64,000 nucleotides of DNA from Candidatus Omnitrophota bacterium (GTDB lineage: Bacteria; Omnitrophota; Gorgyraeia; Duberdicusellales; 4484-171), in NCBI GenBank assembly GCA_037146775.1, contig JBAWWL010000006.1:15120-79119 (forward strand), written 5' to 3'. Below the pieces are notes generated by a model. That model searched no databases. It was not told the origin of the DNA and saw only the letters and a list, made by a program, of their open reading frames with translations. A program made the translations under genes and the position numbers. This document shows, one piece after another, positions 37,825 to 48,281 of this stretch; the first letter of the stretch is position 1, and the number at the start of each line of letters is the position of its first letter.

Positions 37825-38679
37825 CTAGCAGAATTCGCGAGGCAGCTCTTGGCGGGCTCTTGCATGCTGAATCACAAGACGGGCGTCTTCTTCGCGGATT
37901 TTAACCGTTTCTACGCCTATGTCAAATGCGTGCTCCGATAGCTGCGTAACTCTTACAATTTTGACCACAGCCGAGATGGGGGAAACAGAAACTTCCTTTG
38001 GAAGGTCGATTTGCAATACTACATAAGAGCCTACCGGCAGAACTTTTTCCGACTGAAACAAAAACCCATGAAAACTTATATTTTTTGTTTGAGATCGTCT
38101 ATACTGTTCTTGCAAAGGAAAATGTATGTCGATTTTGGCGTTTAACCGGACCGACCTCCGACGTTCACTGCCATCATACCGATCATCATCCAGAGATATC
38201 GCAACCCCATGATCACTTTTACCTGCGCCAGGGGTAATAGTAATATGATAATAGTTTTCAATGGCTTTTATGATATCTGAAATGAGGCCTACAAAAGGTT
38301 GTATTCTGTAGCCGGTTTTCTCTTCAACCTCTCTGATAGCGTCAGTATCAGCCGGATCAGCCATAACTACCGTGATAACGTTATCTATCTTATCTATCGG
38401 AATAAGCCAGTATTTCTGGACTAGATCTTGAGGTATAAGCCGGATAATATCTTGAGGAATTGCATACGCTTCCAGAGGAAGATAAGGAAAACCAAACTGG
38501 GCACAGATGCATTTGGCCAAATCCTCTTCCTTTATATACTTCGCAGTAAGTAAATATTGCGTTACGCCTATGCCGGACTTACTCTGATAGTGAAGCGCTT
38601 CTTTTAAAATATCTTCGGTAATAAGTTTATGCTCTAATAAAATTTGGCCTATTTTTTTCTTCTTCAAAACTGAAAACAT
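37825..38679 (-). CDS. MshEN/GSPII-E N-terminal domain plus PilZ domain protein
   Basis: KIGQILLEHKLITEDILKEALHYQ, LIPID...ITVVMADP, ERRRSVR and NISFHG; no ATPase domain. Confidence 0.85.
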   Translation of the reverse strand: MFSVLKKKKIGQILLEHKLITEDILKEALHYQSKSGIGVTQYLLTAKYIKEEDLAKCICAQFGFPYLPLEAYAIPQDIIRLIPQDLVQKYWLIPIDKIDNVITVVMADPADTDAIREVEEKTGYRIQPFVGLISDIIKAIENYYHITITPGAGKSDHGVAISLDDDRYDGSERRRSVRLNAKIDIHFPLQEQYRRSQTKNISFHGFLFQSEKVLPVGSYVVLQIDLPKEVSVSPISAVVKIVRVTQLSEHAFDIGVETVKIREEDARLVIQHARARQELPREFC

Positions 38680-38831
38680 TTTTGTTTAAGGATGTCTTCT
38701 TATATGTCCATCTCAAATATCCGACACAACTGCAGGGAATGTTATCAAGCCGAAGTATTGTTCTGTTTCGAAAAAATTTTATTTGGATTTATACTTACCT
38801 TAAAAGTTTTCAGATGCCGCCATGCAAATAT

Positions 38832-39527
38832 TTACTTTATCTCGTAAGAAAGTATGATGGCTTCGGCGATTTCCTTCATATGTAAACGCCGGTTCATGCT
38901 CGCCTTACGAATGAGGTCGTAAGCTTCTTCTTCCGTAAGATGTTTTTCTTTCATTAGAATACCTTTCGCGCGTTCGACTTTTTTCCGCGCCTCCAACTCT
39001 TCCTGCGCGATACGAGCCTTCACCAACAACTCGGTATTCTCAATCGCAACCGCTGCCTGGTTCGCTACGGTGCTTAAAAGATCGATGTCTCTCTGGGCAA
39101 ACTTGTATACCTGAGTAGTGTAACAATTGATAACTCCAAACGCTTTATTTTTTACCATCATGGGAACGCTAAGCATCGATACCAAACCTTCTTTTTTAGC
39201 GAGCGTTTTTTCCTTATAACGCGCATCCAGGAGTACGTCAGCGATAAAAATCGGTTTTTTCTCTTTAGCGACAAGCCCGACTATCCCCTCCCCGACCTTC
39301 AAAGAACGTTCTTTCAGATAATCCTGACTCATTGCCTGGGTTGCCCGTATCTTTAACTCCTGCGTGCGCTCGTCTAAAAGCCATAAGGAGCAGATTTTTG
39401 CGCCCACCACGTTTGCGGTAAGTGTAACGATAAGCTTAAGCACATCTTCCAGATAAAGATCAGAAGTCATGGCTTTGCTTATTTTACTGAGAGTTTCAAG
39501 ATAATCTTTATATGGTGACTTCTTCAT
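38832..39527 (-). CDS. GAF-ANTAR RNA-binding antiterminator
   Basis: GAF (GEGIVGLVA, SMLSVP, ANQAAVAIEN) plus ANTAR (RKKVERAKGILM...EEEAYDLIRKASM). Confidence 0.93.
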   Translation of the reverse strand: MKKSPYKDYLETLSKISKAMTSDLYLEDVLKLIVTLTANVVGAKICSLWLLDERTQELKIRATQAMSQDYLKERSLKVGEGIVGLVAKEKKPIFIADVLLDARYKEKTLAKKEGLVSMLSVPMMVKNKAFGVINCYTTQVYKFAQRDIDLLSTVANQAAVAIENTELLVKARIAQEELEARKKVERAKGILMKEKHLTEEEAYDLIRKASMNRRLHMKEIAEAIILSYEIK

Positions 39528-39591
39528 AACACACGCGGCAAAGTTACGCTGTAGATTAAAATTTTTTTCGGATCGTATACCGGATTAGCCT

Positions 39592-40926
39592 CTATAAAAT
39601 AGGAAGATATGTCTTAGTTTCGTATTCGTGAACCTGTTTACGATACTCATCCCATTCAATCTTTTTGCTCATAATCAGGTTAGTAAATACATGTTCTCCT
39701 ACTGTTTCTTTCAGCAGCTCGCTTTTTTCTGTAATTTCAATAGCCTCAACTAAGCTGCCCGGAAGACACTTGACGCCCAGACTTTCCATCTCCTCGTAAC
39801 TTAGATTGTACACATCGCGTTCAAGCGGTTCAGCCAGCGGATATTTGTTTTCAATTCCTTTTAAACCTGCTGCCAGCATACAGGAAAATGCCAGATAAGG
39901 ATTACAGGCCGGATCCGGAGAACGAAACTCAATACGCGTGGCTTTTTCTTTACCGGGCTTATACATAGGAACCCGCACGAGGGTGCTGCGATTGCGGCGC
40001 GCCCAGCAGATATAAACCGGCGCCTCATAACCGGGAACAAGCCGCTTATAGGAATTAACCCACTGATTACACACTAAGGTTATTTCCGGAGCATGTTTTA
40101 ATAATCCGGCGATATAACTCTTCGCTTCCCCGGATAAATAATACTTATCATTAGGGTCAAAAAAAGCGTTCGCATTGCCCCTGAACAACGACTGATGGGT
40201 GTGCATACCGCTGCCATTGACTCCGAATATCGGCTTTGGCATAAATGTTACATAGAGACCGTATTTTTGCGCGATCTCTTTAGCCACCATTCGATAGACC
40301 ATGACAATATCCGCCATCGCCAAGGCATCGGTATAACGCAAATCAATTTCGTGCTGGGAAGGAGCAACTTCATGGTGTGAATATTCAACCTGGATCCCCA
40401 TCTCTTCTAACGTAAGAATAATTTCTCTGCGCACTTCATTTCCCGCATCAAGCGTGGTCAAATCAAAATATCCGCCCTCATCAATGACTTGAGTTGATTT
40501 TTCATCCTTAAATATAAAGAACTCAAGTTCCGGGCCGGTATAAAAAGTAAACCCCTTGGCCTTTGCTTTTTCCAAGTTTTTTCTCAAAATATAGCGTGAA
40601 TCGCCCTGGTAAGACGTGCCATCAGGATTAAGAATATCGCACAGCATTCCAGCAACAGCTTTCTCTTTTGGCCGATAAGGAAGCAAGGTAAAAGTGGTCG
40701 GATCAGGCATAGCCATCATATCCGACTCATCAATCCTGGCAAAGCCCTTAATCGACGAACCATCAAACCCCATACCTTCATTCAAGGCACCTTCAAGCTC
40801 GTCGCGCGTAATGGAAAAACCCTTCATCTGTCCGGTAATATCCGCAAACCAGAGCTTGATAAATCTGACATCTTTTTCTTTTACCATGTTTAAAATATCT
40901 TTTTTGCTGAAATTATTTTTACCCAT
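39592..40926 (-). CDS. glnA: Glutamine synthetase type I
   Basis: FDGSSI.GF, HHEVAPSQHEI, FMPKP..GVNGSGMH, RLVPGYEAP, RIEFRSPD. Confidence 0.96.
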   Translation of the reverse strand: MGKNNFSKKDILNMVKEKDVRFIKLWFADITGQMKGFSITRDELEGALNEGMGFDGSSIKGFARIDESDMMAMPDPTTFTLLPYRPKEKAVAGMLCDILNPDGTSYQGDSRYILRKNLEKAKAKGFTFYTGPELEFFIFKDEKSTQVIDEGGYFDLTTLDAGNEVRREIILTLEEMGIQVEYSHHEVAPSQHEIDLRYTDALAMADIVMVYRMVAKEIAQKYGLYVTFMPKPIFGVNGSGMHTHQSLFRGNANAFFDPNDKYYLSGEAKSYIAGLLKHAPEITLVCNQWVNSYKRLVPGYEAPVYICWARRNRSTLVRVPMYKPGKEKATRIEFRSPDPACNPYLAFSCMLAAGLKGIENKYPLAEPLERDVYNLSYEEMESLGVKCLPGSLVEAIEITEKSELLKETVGEHVFTNLIMSKKIEWDEYRKQVHEYETKTYLPIL

Positions 40927-41038
40927 ATCCCCTCCTTATTTTAGGGCATGTACGCAGTTAAAAAATCAGTAAAGCTCTTGATTATCCGCAAACCGCTTGC
41001 CGGTTTCACACAGAAAATATCCGGCAAAACTTGCTATT

Positions 41039-41066
41039 ATTGTAGCAGGCTTTTTGAGTAAATCAA
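41039..41066 (-). promoter_or_regulatory. Putative sigma70 promoter of glnA
   Basis: TTGATT-16 bp-TACAAT with extended -10 TG. Confidence 0.55.
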
Positions 41067-41194
41067 TAATTAAGTACGGGTTTATGTTGACTTTTACGGG
41101 TGGATAAAAATAGAAAGATTTGAGGTTCGCAACATATACATTAAATAAAATACATCCGGAGCGCTTAGCTAACTATTCCACACAAATCCACTGC

Positions 41195-41740
41195 TCAATG
41201 TTCTTTGATGAACTTTTCACCGCTCCATGCCCACAATTCCCAAGTATCTAATTGTTCTGTCGAACAATCCGCGGTACCACTTTTATTCTTGCCGATCTTA
41301 ACCCGGCTTAAACCCGAATCAAAGTCTCCGTCTACACCGCAACTGCTTTCCGCAGTAAACAGCCTAGAGAGGCGATTGTCTTTTATATCATAGATAACCA
41401 AAGCAAGCATACCTTTTGCTTCATAATATACGACTATTTGCTTGTAGTCGTTATTATTTAGATCAATAAATTGTATTTTGGTAAACCGGCCGGGGACGGT
41501 AAATGTGTTCACCTTATTTTTGGACGGTTCCTTGTCCTTCTTGGTGATGGTGACCAACGCATCGGCTTGTGCATCAAACCTATCCGTGACTTCAACAACC
41601 TCCGCAATCATATCGTTATCCAAGTCAACTTTAAACTGCTCAACACCTTTGGGCAATTTCTCTTTTTTGCCATTCAGAGTAAGGCATGAGCTAAACGAAA
41701 CAGCCAGTAATACCAGAACCACTAAGCGCATTATTCCCAT
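41195..41740 (-). CDS. Hypothetical lipoprotein
   Basis: Lipobox-like FSSC; DLDND and DLNNN Ca-binding-like loops; promoter TTGTTC-16-TATAAT at 41762-41789. Confidence 0.7.
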   Translation of the reverse strand: MGIMRLVVLVLLAVSFSSCLTLNGKKEKLPKGVEQFKVDLDNDMIAEVVEVTDRFDAQADALVTITKKDKEPSKNKVNTFTVPGRFTKIQFIDLNNNDYKQIVVYYEAKGMLALVIYDIKDNRLSRLFTAESSCGVDGDFDSGLSRVKIGKNKSGTADCSTEQLDTWELWAWSGEKFIKEH

Positions 41741-41806
41741 GACGATACCCCCATAAAAAGTATTATAACCGTTTTTAATAATTGAACAATAGTTTATGTT
41801 AGGATG

Positions 41807-41847
41807 AAAACGAAAGAGGCATCCTCCCGTATCGGGAAGATGCCTCT
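41807..41847 (-). terminator. Rho-independent terminator after gdhA
   Basis: AGAGGCATC-TTCCCG-ATA-CGGGAG-GATGCCTCT followed by TTCGTTTT. Confidence 0.8.
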
Positions 41848-41869
41848 GGATAGTTAACAGTTACGCTAA

Positions 41870-43246
<1,377 letters not shown>

Positions 43247-43260
43247 TTATTTTTATGTGG

Positions 43261-44679
43261 TTATTGGCTGACAGTATCAAGCATTGCTTGTGCAGCTTTT
43301 TTCGCCATCCCCATGGCCTCAATAACCGTTCCTTCTCCTCCGACGATATCACCGCCGGCAAAAACACCCTTTACCGAAGTCTCCATGGTATCCTGGTTTA
43401 CTATCACATCCGCGTAAGAATCTGTTTTTAGCTGCGGCGTAACACTGGTAAGTATCTGATTTGCCTTCAATCCTATGGCGATAATTGCTTCATCGCATTC
43501 CAATTCGAAATCACTGCCTTTGATCTCGATTGGCCGTCTGCGACCAGACGCATCCGGTTCGCCCAACTCACATTGTAAACATTTTATATTGTGTACCAAA
43601 CCCTGTTCATCGCCAAGAAACGCCTCTGGTTTCACCAAAAGCCTAAACTTCACGCCTTCTTCTTTAGCATGCTCAATCTCAAGGCGGCGGGCCGGCATCT
43701 CTATTTCGGTACGCCGATACAAAATAGTAGTATCGGGCGCTATATCATTCATTTTTTGCAACCTCAACGCTACGCGCGCTGAATCCATGGCGGTATTACC
43801 TCCGCCGACGACAACAATATGTCTGCCGATGGTAACAGGAGTATGGGTTTTAGGAAACGCATACGCTGACATGAGGTTCACTCGGGTCAAAAACTCATTC
43901 GCGGAATACACATTACAAAAATTTTCGCCCGGGATACCCAGAAATGATGGTATACCCGCTCCCAAACCAAGAAAAATTCCGGTATAACCCTGAGTGAAAA
44001 GTTCCTCCAAGGTGATATTTTTACCGACAATAAAATTCGGGATAAAAGTCACCCCCATGGCTTTTAACGAATTGATTTCGGAATCCAAAATATCTCGCGG
44101 AAGACGGAACGGAGGTATACCGTAGCGTAATACCCCTCCTAATTTATGCAAGCTTTCGAACATGTCGACTTTTATGCCGGCCCTGGCCAGTTCTCCGGCA
44201 CAGCATAACCCTGCCGGCCCGGAACCCACCACCGCCACCTTCTTAACGTTGGACGTTGGACGTTGAACGTTGAACGTTGAATTTTGATTATGCATCCCAT
44301 AGTCGCCGACAAACCGCTCAAGAAAATGTATGTTGATCGCCTGGTCGGACGCGTAAGGAGAACCTTTTTTCGTGAGCACGCAGGCATTACGGCACTGATA
44401 TTCCGCCGGGCACACTCTTCCGCAGATAGAAGGAAAATTATTTTTCTCTCTGATGGTAAGATACGCCCCTTGATAATCTTTTTGCGTAATCTGATAAATG
44501 AACTTTTTGATATCGATTCCCACAGGACAACCGGAACTACAGGCCGGATTTTTGCACTGCAGACAACGCGATGCTTCGTGAAGCGTCTCTTCTTCGCTAT
44601 AGCCGGCAACAACCTCCTGGAAATTATTAACCCTGACAGCGGCAGCCACTTCTTTAATCTTAACCGGATCTTTTCTCAT
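43261..44679 (-). CDS. NfnB/SudA (GltD-like) subunit of the electron-bifurcating transhydrogenase
   Basis: RCLQC..PAC..GCP, CGRVCP.EYQC, GSGPAG, GGGNTAMD, FAGGDIV; paired with an NfnA-like gene and no gltB. Confidence 0.9.
   Translation of the reverse strand: MRKDPVKIKEVAAAVRVNNFQEVVAGYSEEETLHEASRCLQCKNPACSSGCPVGIDIKKFIYQITQKDYQGAYLTIREKNNFPSICGRVCPAEYQCRNACVLTKKGSPYASDQAINIHFLERFVGDYGMHNQNSTFNVQRPTSNVKKVAVVGSGPAGLCCAGELARAGIKVDMFESLHKLGGVLRYGIPPFRLPRDILDSEINSLKAMGVTFIPNFIVGKNITLEELFTQGYTGIFLGLGAGIPSFLGIPGENFCNVYSANEFLTRVNLMSAYAFPKTHTPVTIGRHIVVVGGGNTAMDSARVALRLQKMNDIAPDTTILYRRTEIEMPARRLEIEHAKEEGVKFRLLVKPEAFLGDEQGLVHNIKCLQCELGEPDASGRRRPIEIKGSDFELECDEAIIAIGLKANQILTSVTPQLKTDSYADVIVNQDTMETSVKGVFAGGDIVGGEGTVIEAMGMAKKAAQAMLDTVSQ
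44245..44286 (+). repeat. Six 7-bp units (RACGTTG) inserted in frame in the nfnB-like gene
   Basis: aacgttg gacgttg gacgttg aacgttg aacgttg aattttg = 42 bp, encoding QNSTFNVQRPTSNV. Confidence 0.9.
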
Positions 44680-45506
44680 TGCACCTTATGTAAATTGCAC
44701 ATATGTTTTTCCTGCGCCGCGTATACTCTGTTGCGCTTGGTAAGTTCATCCCAATCAACAGTCCACGCGTCAAATTCCGGGCCATCCACACAGCTAAAAC
44801 GCGTTTGGTTGTCAACCGTCACCCGGCAACACCCGCACATTCCTGTTCCATCAACCATAAGCGCATTAAGCGACACCATGGTTTTAGTCTGAAAATCCTT
44901 AGTAACCCCCGCAACGTTTTTCATCATTGGAATAGGGCCAACCGCATATACCAAACCGTAAGAACCCCGCGGCAACAACTCTTTTAAGACATCCGTCACA
45001 AAACCTTTCTTGCCATAAGAACCATCGTCAGTAGTAACATGAAACTCGTCAGAGATACTTCTTAGCTGCTGCTCCAGGATAAGCAACGTTTTGGTGCGCG
45101 CGCCCAAAATAGTCGTCAGGTGATTACCGGCGTCTTTTAAAGCTTTTGCTACCGGATAAATTTCCGCGATCCCCACTCCACCACCGACCAAAATCACTTT
45201 GCCATATTGTTTAATTGCGGTAGCATGCCCCAGTGGTCCGGCAAGCGCATACAAAGAATCGCCTTCTTGTAGCTGGGCCAATAATTTTGTGGTAAATCCC
45301 AACTCTTGAAAGATTAAAGTAATGGTGCCTTTAAGCGTATCGTTCGATACAACCGTAAGCGGTATACGTTCACCTTCTTCACGTACCATCAATACCACAA
45401 ACTGGCCCGGTTTTGCCTTACGAGCAATGTGTGGAACATGAACAGTTATGCGGATAACTCTCACTCCTCCCACATCGGAAAGTACTTCTTTTTCGGTTAT
45501 ATTCAT
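44676..45506 (-). CDS. NfnA/SudB ferredoxin-NADP reductase-like subunit
   Basis: PGQFV, GERIPLT, GGGVG.A, TDDGSYG, MVDGTGMCGCCRV, CVDGPEFD. Confidence 0.92.
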   Translation of the reverse strand: MNITEKEVLSDVGGVRVIRITVHVPHIARKAKPGQFVVLMVREEGERIPLTVVSNDTLKGTITLIFQELGFTTKLLAQLQEGDSLYALAGPLGHATAIKQYGKVILVGGGVGIAEIYPVAKALKDAGNHLTTILGARTKTLLILEQQLRSISDEFHVTTDDGSYGKKGFVTDVLKELLPRGSYGLVYAVGPIPMMKNVAGVTKDFQTKTMVSLNALMVDGTGMCGCCRVTVDNQTRFSCVDGPEFDAWTVDWDELTKRNRVYAAQEKHMCNLHKVQ

Positions 45507-45579
45507 TGGCTCACCTCTTGACTACAGAAACAACTGCGGATATATCCGTGGAATCTGCCATCTATCCGCCGGAAGCATA

Positions 45580-45630
45580 TAAAAAGATAAAGGCGTCCTC
45601 CTCATGGTGCGGAAAAGGACGCCTCTGTCC
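45580..45630 (-). promoter_or_regulatory. ANTAR-type attenuator: hexaloop hairpin overlapping an intrinsic terminator in the nfnAB-gdhA leader
   Basis: GGAC-AGAGGC-GTCC (loop A1/G4) overlaps the 5' arm of AGGCGTCCT...AGGACGCCT-TTATCTTTTT. Confidence 0.7.
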
Positions 45631-45642
45631 TAAAGCGCATTT

Positions 45643-45670
45643 ATTGTACAACTGAAAAAATAACTGTCAA
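45643..45670 (-). promoter_or_regulatory. Sigma70 promoter of nfnAB-gdhA
   Basis: TTGACA-16 bp-TACAAT. Confidence 0.7.
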
Positions 45671-45760
45671 GAAAAAATTACTTTTTTACCTATTATATAC
45701 ACATCACTCATCTAAGCCCATTAAAACGTATCGAGATTACAAACGAAAAGCTCTCTATGC

Positions 45761-46285
45761 CTAATATTCGACGCCCTGCCTTGCGACACATTTCTTATCA
45801 AAAGGATGTTTTACCTTTTCAACATACGAAACATAATCAGCCAAGCGCAAAATCTCTGACGGCGCCCTTCGGCCAGTAACAACGACCTCTATGGCATGCG
45901 CTCTTTTGAGGATATCCGTCACTTTTTTACTTGCGACAAAACCTTCGGCAATGGCATCCAAAATTTCGTCGAAAACAATCATATCAAACTTTTTAGTTCT
46001 TATAAAACTTTCTATTTTTGTTAAACTTCTTTCAATGGATTTCTTGATCTGGCCTGTGTTGACTTTTTGATTCTTCAGAAACATGGGGTGAATTTGATTT
46101 TTAAAACGTTCAATGACAATGCCGGCCTTGTGCACACGCACTGCCCGTATTTCTCCGCAAGGATACTTGATGTCTTTCAAGAATTGCGCCACATATACAC
46201 GCCTGCCCCAACCCGACGCCCTCAACGCAAGCCCTAAGGCCGCAGTAGTCTTTCCCTTACCATTTCCTATATAACAATGGATCAT
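45761..46285 (-). CDS. Cob(I)alamin adenosyltransferase (CobO/BtuR family)
   Basis: GNGKGKTTAALGLALRA, QFLK, FDEI, EVVVTGR, KHPF...ARQGVEY. Confidence 0.9.
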   Translation of the reverse strand: MIHCYIGNGKGKTTAALGLALRASGWGRRVYVAQFLKDIKYPCGEIRAVRVHKAGIVIERFKNQIHPMFLKNQKVNTGQIKKSIERSLTKIESFIRTKKFDMIVFDEILDAIAEGFVASKKVTDILKRAHAIEVVVTGRRAPSEILRLADYVSYVEKVKHPFDKKCVARQGVEY

Positions 46286-46293
46286 TTACGCAC

Positions 46294-46914
46294 CTATTTC
46301 CAGACATATTTCAATGCCAGCCATCCCCCTAATACAAGCAATACGAAAACGACTGAAAGAATATCAAAATATTTTTCAATGGAATCAGCGATTTTTTTGC
46401 CGAAAATACGTAACGCCCCCGCAACAAGAAAAAACCTGCCTGCGCGGCCAATAATTGAAGCAACCACCAGGATGGTGAGCGAAATCTTAAACAAACCGGC
46501 GGCTATGGTAATCACCTTGTATGGTATTGGCGTAAAGGCAGCGGTGAATACCGTAAAAAACGCATTGTTGGCGTACATACGGCCGACTTGTTCGATCGTC
46601 GCCTGCATATGGTACATATCAACGATTCGCTTACCGACTAATTCATAGAATTCCCACCCAATCCAATATCCGAGTAACGCTCCACACACCGAGCCAACGG
46701 TACAAATGGTTGCGTAGCGAAACCATTTCTTAGGCTGGCCCAAAACCATAGCAATAAGCAAGACGTCGGGAGGAATAGGGAAAAAAGAACTTTCAATAAA
46801 TGCCACGCCAAAAAGCGCATAGGGTGCCCGTTTTGTTTGCGCCCAATGAATAGTCCAATCATACATTCTTTTAAGCCAGCGTATCGGTGCTTTTATGACA
46901 GATTTTATACCCAT
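46294..46914 (-). CDS. YqaA/DedA family membrane protein
   Basis: FIESSFFPIPPDVLL, FTPIPYKVITIAAG, GRAGRFF; SD AGGAG before ATG 46914. Confidence 0.92.
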   Translation of the reverse strand: MGIKSVIKAPIRWLKRMYDWTIHWAQTKRAPYALFGVAFIESSFFPIPPDVLLIAMVLGQPKKWFRYATICTVGSVCGALLGYWIGWEFYELVGKRIVDMYHMQATIEQVGRMYANNAFFTVFTAAFTPIPYKVITIAAGLFKISLTILVVASIIGRAGRFFLVAGALRIFGKKIADSIEKYFDILSVVFVLLVLGGWLALKYVWK

Positions 46915-46941
46915 ACACACTCCTTTTTTACGTAAACACAA

Positions 46942-47589
46942 TTAACAAAATCCGTATTTTCCCACCAATGGTACAAACATACAACCGCAGATTATTTCTT
47001 TGTCTATTCGCTCTTCATCTATCTTGGTAACCACCATCAAATCTTGACTGGCCAGCCCGCCAACCGGAAGTACAATTTTACCGCCTACTTTGAGCTGCGT
47101 AAGCCACTCTGGCGAGATAGCGGGCGCTGCCGCAGTAATAATGATTTTATCGTAAGGCGCGTGTTCTGACCAACCCAATGTTCCATCACCGATTGTAATT
47201 TCAACGACATAGCCCAAGGCGGTAAGCTGCACTTTCGCGCTTTGAGCCAAAAGCGGGATTCGTTCAACACTAAAAACCCGTGCCCCCAAAGAAGCTAAAA
47301 TTGCAGCCTGATAACCGCTGCCAGTACCTATCTCTAAAACCCGCTGTCCGGCACACAGCGCAAGTCTCTCTGTCATAAGAGCAACAATGTAGGGCTGAGA
47401 AATCGTCTGCCCCTCAGAGATAGCAAGAGGATAATCTTCGTAAGCCAGGTGCCGTTGATTTTCGGGAACAAAAAAATGGCGAGGAACGGCCCGTAAAGAC
47501 GCTAAAACGTTTTCGTTGCAAATCCCGCGTTTGATTATCTGGTCCGCTACCATTTTATCTCTGAGAGCCGTAAAATCAGCTTCTGTCAT
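46942..47589 (-). CDS. pcm: Protein-L-isoaspartate O-methyltransferase
   Basis: VPRHFFV, GQTISQPYIVA, VLEIGTGSGYQAA, APYDKIIITAA, FVPLVG; start moved to ATG 47589. Confidence 0.94.
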   Translation of the reverse strand: MTEADFTALRDKMVADQIIKRGICNENVLASLRAVPRHFFVPENQRHLAYEDYPLAISEGQTISQPYIVALMTERLALCAGQRVLEIGTGSGYQAAILASLGARVFSVERIPLLAQSAKVQLTALGYVVEITIGDGTLGWSEHAPYDKIIITAAAPAISPEWLTQLKVGGKIVLPVGGLASQDLMVVTKIDEERIDKEIICGCMFVPLVGKYGFC

Positions 47590-48253
47590 GGTTGAGACGG
47601 AATAAAAGATTGATAAACCGCGCCGCATCGGCAAAGGGGCGAATATTACTTTTTTTATGTTTAAAATAAATGCTTTGAATGGGGATACTTTTAATTGCAA
47701 AGCCTGCCCGCGACGCATTAAACAATATTTCCGATTCGATTTCAAACTTATCGGTATGCACCTGTATTTTTTCCAGGACTTCTTTCTTGATCAAACGGAA
47801 CCCGCACTGAGAATCGGGAATAACTTGACGAGTAAGGCGCGAAATGAGCCAAGACATTAGTTTGTTCGTGATAATCCTGACTCTCGGCATAGAAAAAGGA
47901 TTATGCATGCGGTTGCCTAACACAAAATGCGTACCCCGGTTCGCCTCGTCTAAAAAAAGCGGTAAATCTGAAGGGGCATGCTGGCCGTCTGCATCCATAG
48001 TAATAAGATAATCGAATACCTCTCGCTCCAGGAGATACGCGATAGCTTCCCGTAACGATCTGCCCTTACCTAAATTTCTTTTGTGCCGGATAACATGGTG
48101 AGCGTGCTGCGCGGCAATACCATAAGTACAGTCCCCTGAACCATCGTCAACCACTATAGTAGCTAACCCGCGTTTTTTAAGCTCTTGCAGCAACACGCCC
48201 AAAGCCTCTCCTTCATTGTATGCCGGAATAACCACCCAAACCTTCATTTTCAC
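47576..48253 (-). CDS. Glycosyltransferase family 2 (DPM1-like)
   Basis: VIPAYNE, VVDDGS.D, NLGKG, MDADGQH, DSQCGFR. Confidence 0.92.
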   Translation of the reverse strand: MKMKVWVVIPAYNEGEALGVLLQELKKRGLATIVVDDGSGDCTYGIAAQHAHHVIRHKRNLGKGRSLREAIAYLLEREVFDYLITMDADGQHAPSDLPLFLDEANRGTHFVLGNRMHNPFSMPRVRIITNKLMSWLISRLTRQVIPDSQCGFRLIKKEVLEKIQVHTDKFEIESEILFNASRAGFAIKSIPIQSIYFKHKKSNIRPFADAARFINLLFRLNHDRS

Positions 48254-48281
48254 CTACGTATACCTCACAACGAATCCGCTA

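Noticed and set aside
43261-44679. Glutamate synthase small subunit (gltD)
   Set aside because: No gltB nearby and it is coupled to an NfnA/SudB gene, which favours NfnB.
47590-47745. Long N-terminal extension of pcm
   Set aside because: It overlaps the GT2 gene; Pcm homology starts at MTEADF (47589).
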